A stretch of 59,555 bases of DNA, counting the filler, from Dugesia japonica (Eukaryota), in assembly GCA_001938525.1 (NCBI GenBank). It is 5 parts of 5 records of this genome, joined end to end, with 100 filler letters (N's around TTAATTAATTAA, not from the genome) between each part and the next. Parts side by side here need not be neighbours in the genome. Positions count along the whole stretch, not along the records: positions 48,972 to 59,555 come from MQRL01615910.1; 4 more parts are not named here. One strand, 5' to 3'. Shown piece by piece: positions 50,202-59,555 of the stretch (its first letter is position 1; each line of letters opens with the position of its first letter). A program made the position numbers and the translations under genes. The notes under the pieces were generated by a model that saw nothing but the letters and a program-made list of their open reading frames with translations, did no database searches and was not told the DNA's origin.

Positions 50202-52835
50202 ATTATGATTATGATTATTATGATTATTTATTTCGCCGTGTCAGCCGAGAACCACAGCTGGTCACCTTGATCACAAATAATAGTGAGTACGATGAAATTG
50301 CCACCTTATCACTTAAAACTCGCTATTCTATAAGGATAGCGCAATTCCACGGATTAAACACTCAACTCCAACTAGTCCCAGGCAATCATAAAAATATTGA
50401 TCGTGTCATCATACATTCATCGATATGATAGAGCTCCTTCTTCTGAAGAGAGGTATTGAACTTAAGGAGTTCTACACATAGAGTAATCTCAACTGTTTTA
50501 CCGACTTAGGTTTCCTCACTGCCCCTTGTGAAGACGGTCTTTTGAACTCTCGATCTTACAGCAGTTCAGGTCGAGAATGACCATCTATGGTCTCTTGTTC
50601 CATGATTCGGTATTCCTTTTTGCTGTTTATTATCTTTTTGCACCACCGATATGGACATTTGAATGGTGGGCCTTTTAGTTCTCTTTCATCTGGTTCTTTG
50701 GGTCTTTCGTTTTCATTTCTGTTCACATTTTTTGTTAGTGGTTCAGTTTGTTCTGTTATTTGTCTTGTTTCTTCATTCATATAATTTGTTGTTGATTGAG
50801 TTTCTTGTTTTGTCTCATCTTCGTTTTCTATTGTTTCTTTCACGCTGTTTTCATTATGACAGGCTTTTTTGATGTTTTTCTAGCCAGTCTTTTGTATTGT
50901 ATGGAGCGTAGCAGTCTATATATTTGCAGCAGAATTTTTCTTCTTTTTCGTTTCTTTCGTTGTGGTTTAACTTCATGTGTTTATTTATCTCCTTCTTTTC
51001 TTTCTCTTTGAAGCTCCATTTTGGGCATATTTCATCTTTATCTTTTTGGTTTTTAAACTCTTTTGCAATTTCTTTTGCCTTCTTTTCGTTTTCAGTTTAT
51101 CAGTTTTTATCAGTTTTTATTATCAGTTTTTAGTTATCAGTTTTTAGTATTTCTTTTGAGTTTTCAATAAGTTTCTTTAATTCTGTAGAATTTTAGTTGA
51201 TTTCATTGCTGATTAGTTGTTTCATGAATTTTTTGTCTTTTTCTATTTTTTATTTCCACATTTGTTTGTTTCGTCCACTGATTTTTCTTCCTACTTGGAA
51301 TTTGAATGTTTCTGCCTCTTTTGTTATCTTTAGATCTTCGAGTTTTGCCCATAAACTCAGTCTTCTTGATGCTAAGATTGATCTTATACTTAACAGTTTT
51401 ACTTATTCATAGAGCTCTGTGATCTCATGTCTGTCTCTCCTGGTCGTTCTTAGCCATTTCCTTCGGCATCTATTCAATAGGATCTCCAGGTTATTTTCGT
51501 CTTTGTTTGTGGTCGCCCATGTTTCTGCTATGTATATCAGTGTTGGAATCACTATATTCTTTATAAGTTGGACTTTTCTTTTTATTTTGAACTATGATCT
51601 TTTTAGAATACTTCCGAGCATNTTTAGCTTGCCTTGTGCTGCTTCTATTCTTATTTTAATTTCTTTTCCAAAGCCGCCTTTGTTTTCCAAATGGTCTCTT
51701 GGGATGCTCTCGAAAGCTTTTTCCAGGTTGATGAAGGCACATATTACATTTTTGTTTTTATATCTTGCTTCTTCTTGGATTCTCCAAAATACATATATAC
51801 TTTGTTCTATTGATATTTTTTCTCTGAATCCGAATTGGTTATCTTGTAGTGTTTATTCGCTGTATTTTTGGAGTCTGTTGTTTACTACTTTTGCCAGAAT
51901 CTTTCCATAAGTTTCCAATAGGAATACTTCTTTATTGTTTGATGGGTCCGTTTTCATTCCTTTTCCTTTGTATAACACTTTCACTTCTGCATCTCCCATT
52001 CTTGGGGGAACAGGATGCTGCCCGTCGAGATTGCTTCTAGGTTTTTTTTATTTTGTCGATAAGTTCTTTTTGGCCAATTCGGAATGCATCTATTGGTATG
52101 CCCCCTTTGCTTGGTGCTTTACTCTTTTCGATTGTCTTTAGTGCATTCAATATATCTTCCTTTGTCAATGGAATGTTATTTTCGTCATGTTGATTTCCTC
52201 TTTCTTCATTTAGATTGTCTGTATTTCTTCTAGTTTCTATTTCTATTTTACTGAAAAGTTCATTGAAGTATGTTGCAAGTTTGTTGTCNTCAATTAGTTG
52301 GATCGTTTTTCCGTATTTTGTTTGAGCTTCTTTGTCTTCGGTTTTTATCATTTTTTTATGGTTTTGTATGTCTTTCTTGCTTCAGTTCTTTGGATAATAT
52401 CTTTTAACTCACTTCCTTTCTTTAATAGCCAATCTGTTTTGCATTTTTTGATACATTTTCTTAAATCTTTTGATGATGATTTGTACTGTTCATTACATCT
52501 TTTGCCTAAGTTGTCGATGTATCTTTGCTAAGCTTCTCTTTTGTTATCGTGTAGGTTCTTTATCTCTTCTGTGTGCTCTTCTAACAATTTTCTTTGCTTT
52601 TTGGCTTTTCCTGCATTGGTTTTTAAGCATTTCTTCAAGAATGTTTCTGTTTCTTTTCATCTGTTGTTTTCCATTTTGTTCAGCTCTCATGATATTTATT
52701 GTTGAAGGCTTCTTTATTTCGTTCTAGTTTGTTTATATTGTACTTTTCTTTACCTTTTAATCTTTTGTTTTTCTTGATTGTTCCTTTGATGAAGTCGATT
52801 GTTGCTTCAACTACGAAGTGATCGCTGAAATCACA
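50202..52835 (-). mobile_element. RTE-like LINE, 5'-truncated, RT core internally deleted, with microsatellite 3' tail
   Basis: APE end FSDHFVVEATI; KAPSKGGIP; QFGFREK; FINLEKAFESIPRDHL joined directly to the post-RT EIKIRIEAA; ETWATT; C-terminal CPYRWC. (TCATAA/TAA)n tail at 50202-50228. Confidence 0.8.
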
Positions 52836-52859
52836 AATAACTCACAAAACCATTTTTCG

Positions 52860-53093
52860 CAGACTTCCGTTCTTTTTTGCATTTTCCACCCATAATTCTT
52901 TTGCATCTCATCTCATTAACATATCAAACGCGAATGATAGCTCCATTTGATTAAACGCAGCAAATTCTTTTGTCGTTTGAATCCATTCATCAGCTGCTTC
53001 AAATGAACCCTCAAAAAAATTTGGTTTTGGGATAAGTAAATCTTGTGCTGAGGATGGCAGCTTTGCAGAAATCTTTTGACGATCATTTATCAA
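52860..53093 (-). pseudogene. Gypsy-like gag N-terminal fragment
   Basis: PKPNFFEGS..AADEWI...AAFNQM...LMR*DAKELW. A duplicate of its start at 53411-53447 is preceded by a PBS-like TGGTGACCGCTCC (53477-53489, minus). Confidence 0.55.
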
Positions 53094-53270
53094 AGATTCT
53101 TTAGAAGAAATATGAATGACTTTTGGCTTTCGGTTAAAAATTTGTATTCTGAAATTAGGTTAAAAGCGGTAAATATTCTTTAACCTTTGGCATCCTCATG
53201 GCTATGTGAATTTGAATTTANNNNNNNNNNNNNNNNNNNNNNNNNNNNNNNNNNNNNNNNNNNNNNNNNN

Positions 53271-53447
53271 TATTTCGTTCTAGTTTGTTTATATTGTACT
53301 TTTCTTTACCTTTTAATCTTTTGTTTTTCTTGATTGTTCCTTTGTGGAAGTCGATTGTTGCTTCAACTACGAAGTGATCGCTGAAATCACAAATAACTCA
53401 CAAAAAAAAAGGATGGCAGCTTTGCAGAAATCATTTGACGATCATTT
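53271..53447 (+). repeat. Local near-identical duplication (53271-53405 = 52715-52849; 53411-53447 = 53051-53088; also 53824-53952 = 53091-53220)
   Basis: Direct sequence identity on both sides of the gap at 53221-53270. Confidence 0.85.
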
Positions 53448-53599
53448 ATTTATTTTTTGTTCAACACTCTTATTTTGGAGCGGTCACCAGTTAAAAGACT
53501 TGAACTTTCCATAATTATTTATTTTAACAAAAAACTATTTATTAATAATGAATTATTTAAACAAATAATATCATTTAATATTAACAAATTTAAAACTTT

Positions 53600-54211
53600 A
53601 TATCATTTTTTAAATGATATATAACTCTTTAGAAAAAGAAATTTCAGAAGATATTATGAACACACTTGAAAAACTTCTAATTTCACTTAAAAGCTACTTT
53701 CCTTCGCATTTGATTGATGAATATGAATAATTAATAAACCCATGTATAATTTTCCAGACACCAAATTTGACAATAAAAGAAAAAGAATAGCTCATTGATT
53801 TGAGAAACGATAAATTTTATTTTCAAAGATTCTTTAGAAGAAATATGAATGACTTTTGGCTTTCGTTTAAAAATTTGTATTCTGAAATTAGGTTAAAAGC
53901 GGTAAATATTCTTTAACCTTTGGAATCCTCATGGCTATGTGAATTTGAATTTACAGAATTGACATAAATCAACTCAAAAAAGAGAGAAAGACTTTTAAAA
54001 GTTGACGATGAAATGCAAACTTGCCTGTCAACTTTGGAAGCACAATTTGATTTAATTTGCTCGATAAAAAAACCTCAGTCTTCTCATTAAATAAAATTTT
54101 GCACAAGTATTTTATTTGTTTTATCATATTTAAATTTTTTTTTTCAAGTGTCTCGAAGAATTTGAGATATTTTAGTGTGCCGTCAAGGGAAAAAAAGGTT
54201 GAGACACACTG
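53600..54211 (+). mobile_element. 3' part of a hAT (Charlie/Buster-like) transposon with right TIR
   Basis: FWLSFKNLYSEIRLKAVNIL*PLESSWLCEFEF...SKKRERL...QSSH*. Terminus ...aaaaggttgagacacactg. Confidence 0.8.
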
Positions 54212-55519
54212 TTATAGATTTAATGGATTTAATTGGCTTGTTAGTTGTATTGAATGTATTACTATCATCGAGTTTATTTAATTCACTGGATGTATTAAGA
54301 GTTTTCCATAAAGTTCAATAAGACAAATATTTTAAGTTCATTGATTTACATCCAAATTATGAAAAGGACTATATCAGTTACAGTAAAACATTTAAGAATT
54401 TTATTAAATTACACCTATCACTTTTAACCATACAAAAATATCATTGCATATTATAGTGATTTCGTAAGAATAAAACAAAAGGATAAATATAAGAATGCAA
54501 TTGTAGCAACAGGAAGAGCCAGAATCAGAAAAGGAGATGTCGGTAAAAGAAATAAAGAGTTCAAGAGAAACAGAGGCAAAAGATTCATCAGATAAAGAAG
54601 TAGTTATGGATAAATAAAGAATAAGAAACTAAAGTATAGGTAACAACCAGTAACGAAAAATAATTTTCAAATAGAGAGAAAATAGTTAAGAAATAAAGTG
54701 GCATGTTCAGACTGACTAGTACAGTAAAAATGTGCTCAACTTTACTTATGATCACAGCTTGGCTGCTCTCATTTTGAATAGTCAATATAAATATCATTTG
54801 AACAATAATAAGTTGATGATCATTTCTAGCATGTTAAATCGACACTATGGTAGACCATTCTTGAGATTTAAAATTTATTTTTACATGTCAAAATGGGTAT
54901 TGTTTGAAGCAAAATATGAGGACAAACATTTTTAGCATGATAAACTAACGCTATGGTGAACCATTCAAAACCCTTGAAACCATTTAAATCTTTTAAAATA
55001 ACAAACATTTGTAGTATGTTTACAACATAATTAAACCTATACACAAATAATGGCACAAAATAACAGCACATAAATTATTTAAGAAAAAGACGAAAATATT
55101 GAATAATACATATTATTTACAAATAATCACACATAGATTGTTCGACTCTTGAGTATACTAATATTTGAATTGAATGTAAAGACAAATCTTGAATGCTACA
55201 TAAATTATCAAACTCTTGAGCATATTGATATTCGAGTGGATCATAATTTTATTTCTAAATAATTTTTTAAAATAGTTACAAATGAAAATATGTTACTTGT
55301 TGGTTGATCATCTGATTGCTTAGAGGTATAATAATTTACGAGATAAAAATACTACATATAGTCCTCATATATTGTGTTATAATAATGTTCATATGGTATA
55401 CTTTCATTTCCTTTAGTTCCTATAGTTTGTCTAACAAGTTATCCCTCGTCATTAATCCTAAAACTTTTCCATTTGTATATTTTTTACTTCAACGAAATAA
55501 CTATCTGTATCGTCGGTAA

Positions 55520-58050
55520 CTATATTGGTTGTGCAATTTTCTTCTTTTCTATGTTTCTNCAGCGCGATGTATTACAACTAATACATTCGTAATTTACTGA
55601 GATCTAGTACTGTCTGTTCAATATAACTTGGACAATTTAAACATATAATTTCCCTATTAAGTTTGACAGCTATTAAATCATTGTCAATTTTTATGGATCT
55701 CCCGAGTCCGGGCTTTGATGTATACGTCATTAATTTTTTTAGTGGAATTGCATCTCTCAGGTTCATTATTTTTTTCATATTTTCAACACTTTTCCCATAC
55801 AAACTGTTGTTCATTAACTTATAATAATTTTTATCTAGTTCAGCGTTGCTTTCTGATTTTAACATTGTGTTTCCGTCTATATACTTCTGAAAAATATGTA
55901 TCTGTAAAACCTTTACGCCACTATGCACTTTTGTAATCTGTACTCCTAATTGTATGTACATTTGTAACAACCTCTATGTCTAACAATGTCTATGTACAGG
56001 AGCTCAGTGTCTTCATCAGTATCTACATATTGCTTATTAACAAATGTCAGTCATCCTCTGATTCAACCTTCAAAAGAAAACATATCATTGTCTGTAAGTA
56101 ATTGAATGGGTTCATCCAGTGTTATCAAGGCAGATGCTCATGCCATTCCAGGGATACCAAAGAATGTTAGAGATTCTAGATTATTATGTATTATTGACTT
56201 TGGCCGTAACTGTTGAAAGAAATAGGATATCAAAAACACATCCAACTTGAGATATACCATCGTGTAATCTAATAAATTCTTACAGTCGATGATTTTTCAC
56301 ATTTCCATTGNNNNNNNNNNNNNNNNNNNNNNNNNNNNNNNNNNNNNNNNNNNNNNNNNNNNNNNNNNNNNNNNNNNNNNNNNNNNNNNNNNNNNNNNNN
56401 NNNNNNNNNNNNNNNNNNNNNNNNNNNNNNNNNNNNNNTTAAACTCCTTTTTGTTACAGGTGTTGATTTTATATATTTAACTGCTGCATCTAATAATGAA
56501 CCAAGAAATTTGATTGTTGTTTTTGATTGATGGAGAATTAAACATAGAAACATTTTAGTTGTAGTACGTAAACATGAAATACTCCAATCAGGAAATCGGT
56601 TGAGACCATATTTGAGAATGTGATGAAGATCGTATCCTTTGAGATTGTGAAATACTACAGATAATTCAAACCGGATCTGTCTGATTAAATTGCATTTGTT
56701 ACAAGCTGCTCCTTTAAATTCTCCGGTAAAGTGATTCACTATTGATATTTTACACAATTAACATTATTTTGTAACAGTAAATATAACCTCTTGAGATGGT
56801 GTTATTTTCATTTTCTTTTTGCTGTTTTCCATATAAAATTGATATGCAATATTATTATGGATTTCTTCAACTGCTTTTAGAAATTCATAAACACAGTCAT
56901 CTCCAATAAACTAATTTTATTTAACTTTGGCGTAGTTGTTAACCAACAACAATCCTGCAGAAATAGGCAAATGTTTCTGGTAATATTCAGGATCCTTTGG
57001 TTATAATGATTCAAAATCAGTATATATGACGATTGGGGGGAGTTATTGTTTTTGAATGGTCTGTAAACTCCAAGTCAGGATCTGTTGACATTTTGTACAG
57101 AGTGATACCAGTTTGAAGTTTGTGACAAATATATTCATGTTTCATGTATGCATTGTTATCTCTGGACCCATTGAGACAATTGGGGCACCAAGTTGATTGG
57201 ATTTGTATACCATTTCTTTTCATATCCCTGTTTATTAATCGATTAAAATTTAATACTTTCGTGTAGTGATATTTGTTATCATTTTCCAATAACAAGAAAT
57301 TTAGTTTTTATCCATCTTTTACTTTAGATCGGTGAATTATGTCCAAATTTGGGTTTTTCATCACTACATCTTCATTATCTTCTACTATATGAGGGTTCCA
57401 GGAAAGAACATTAATTGATAAACCAGGATTTTGTTTCTCAAACTAAGGAATATTTACCAGCTTCATTGGCATATCCGTTTCATCAAACACGAGTTCAGAC
57501 AAATATTTTTGATACTAAGTCACTTGACACTTATTCTCCCTAACTTCCTCCTTTTTGATAACAGCGAGAACACTGAACAGGAAACTCAATTCCTTCTTAT
57601 TGCTATCTGTTCGTTCAGTCTAACAATTCCATCTTCAAAAAAGTTATTGGTTAAGGGAACAGCACTGTTGGAAAGTCTACATATTTTAATCTATTCCTCC
57701 TTGACAAATTCCACATTTTTTCCGAATTGAACTTTGACTTGCTACTCTATTATTTTGAAAAATTTTTCTAACAAAGACTCCAGTAAAATGATTTCTCTAT
57801 TGTTCCATCGAGATACATCAAGCTTCAATATTTGATGAAAACGGTATAGATCAGTTTCTGTCACTGGTTTGTCAAGAGATCCACCAACTTGAATGTTTTC
57901 ATACACTATTTTCCTGTTCCAGTTCACCTTTTTCAAAGGTTTCTTCATTATTTTCATTTCCCTCTACTATAGTCATTTCTTCGTCATCCTCTATAGCTAT
58001 AATTTCTTGCTTTGCTTACTTTGATGGGAGACCTTTTAATATTTCCAACA
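55520..58050 (-). pseudogene. Decayed Polinton pPolB (second family), N-terminus to palm
   Basis: KYHY, WCPNCLNG, DFES, NHFTGEFKGAACNKCN, FHNLKGYDLH, KLMNNSLYGKSVEN and PSYIEQTVLDLSKLRMY. Many stops and deletions. Confidence 0.85.
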
Positions 58051-58093
58051 ATAATTCTTTTTTATTTGTTGTGAATTGTGTGATATCTTGTAC

Positions 58094-58340
58094 GCATTTG
58101 AGATTTCATTAAAATAAAGAAAAGCTTTGATTAAAAAAAGTATTTGTAAAGAAATTCAAATTTTCGACACTTATATTCATCAGGAATCCAATTATTATGA
58201 AGACAAGTGTTGAAAATTTGAATTTCTTTACAAATACATTTTATTTTGATCGAAGCTTTTCATTATTTTAATGAAATCTCAAATGCAATACATGGTTAAG
58301 TCCAACAATTATTCTTACAATAATTGTAATTATAAAATAT
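58094..58340. repeat. Fold-back palindrome (about 80-bp arms) with hammerhead-like motifs, followed by the dispersed repeat core
   Basis: Arms at about 58094-58172 and 58205-58284. The centre contains CTGATGA...GTCGAAA (minus) and ATGAAGACAAGTGTTGAAA (plus). Confidence 0.8.
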
Positions 58341-58849
58341 TTAAATAAATTAACCCTAAAATTAGTATTATAATTATCCTTAATAATATTATTAAAGAAA
58401 AATTATTATTAAAGTATATATAATTGTTTTAAAAATTTAAAGAAAATAAATCATTAATATATGCTAAATTTTAATAAAAAGTATTATAATAAAATCAAAA
58501 AGTGATAAATTAAAATCAATATTAAATTAATAATTATTATCAATAAAGGTTATTTAAAAATAAAAATTTTTTATAAAAATTATTCTTAATAATATTATTA
58601 AAGAAAAATTATTATTATAAAATTAAAAGTAATAAATTATAAATATATGTTAGATAAAAAGTATAAAAGTATATAAAATCAAAATTAATAATTATTATTG
58701 TTAAGTAAATCTTCAATTGATAATTCATTTCCAAATCACAACTAATATTTTTAGACATCATTTATCTTACTACTAGAACCATGTTTGATAAAATAAATAT
58801 AAATGATTACAATAATTTCAATATAAATATTCAGTTAACTCGATTTCTA

Positions 58850-59555
58850 TTGGATGAAATTATTATATAATAATCACATTCCCCTTCTTAAGAAACTTTC
58901 TAAGTTTTCCACATTTCTTTCTAATCGCTGTCCATTTTCTCCTTGTAATCCGCATACCGCCTTTCATGAATTTTCTCAATTATTCGATAAGGTCCTTCAA
59001 ATCTGTCTTGACTTTCATTTCTTGTTTCTACTTTGATGAGTACAAAATCGCCCACTTTGAATTAATTTAAGTAATCACATCTGAAATGTTTTCTTTAGTT
59101 CTATCTGAAACATCTGACTCATACCACCTTTCTATGCAAATTATCTTTCCAAATAAGATATCAGCCAGGCTCTTTCCAGTCGTCTTTTGCTTTGTTGCGT
59201 TCATTGTAAATTCTATTTCTGGTAAAAGATCTGGCCAATCTGTTGTCTTTCTTTCCTGAAGTGTTGCATTAATCAAATCCCGAATTGTTCTGAACTATCT
59301 TTCAATTTGCCCGTTTTCATTATGATGACAGGGACTCGAAAAGCAAAGTTTATTATCTAGCTTTAGTGCAAACTCTATCAACTCTGAATTCAAAAACTTT
59401 TCCACAATCTAATCTTATCTCTCTTGGACATCTAAATCTTAATATCCACTTTTCAAAAAAAGCTTTTCGTATTGTTTCTTCGTCTTGTCTAGGCAATGGT
59501 ATAAGAACCAGGTATTTACTGTACTGGTCGATTATTCCAAGAATGTATTTTTTCT
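58850..59555 (-). pseudogene. Gypsy-type LTR retrotransposon integrase fragment
   Basis: YILGIIDQYSKY, WILRFRCPREIRLDCG, NGQIER*FRTI, W...LPEIEFTMNAT..KTTGKS...LFG. Confidence 0.85.

Noticed and set aside
50587-52727. Many hydrophobic plus-strand ORFs suggesting membrane proteins
   Set aside because: They are antisense to the A-rich LINE ORF2, and T-rich frames give F/L/S-rich artefacts.
1-59555. Naming the host species (flatworm-like composition)
   Set aside because: AT-richness, short introns and the TE spectrum are compatible but not diagnostic. No marker gene is present.

Overview
Very AT-rich animal (metazoan) genomic DNA from a draft assembly. Five pieces (1-19856, 19957-28810, 28911-37363, 37464-48871, 48972-59555) are joined by artificial N44-TTAATTAATTAA-N44 linkers, so adjacency across linkers is not biological. 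The only host gene I can support is the last coding exon of a Cys-loop (nAChR-like) receptor subunit (592-1527, minus). Most of the rest is decayed mobile DNA: MULE, several hAT families, Merlin, Penelope-like, NeSL-type and RTE-type LINEs, Gypsy fragments and old Polinton/Maverick remnants. The exception is piece 2 (8.85 kb, no internal Ns, no host flank), a nearly intact Maverick/Polinton (adintovirus-like) segment. It encodes a protein-primed PolB, two putative virion-core proteins, an orphan, a minor capsid (penton) protein and an adenain protease. Its intergenic spacers carry seven GC-rich hairpins with different stems but 3-nt loops (six GNA, mostly closed by C-G), a duplicated CGATTAATCG palindromic module, and TAAATG/TAAAATG starts resembling poxvirus late/intermediate initiators. 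This cis-regulatory punctuation is my best candidate for an undescribed system; its function is inferred, not shown. All family assignments come from motif recognition by eye; no database searches were run.
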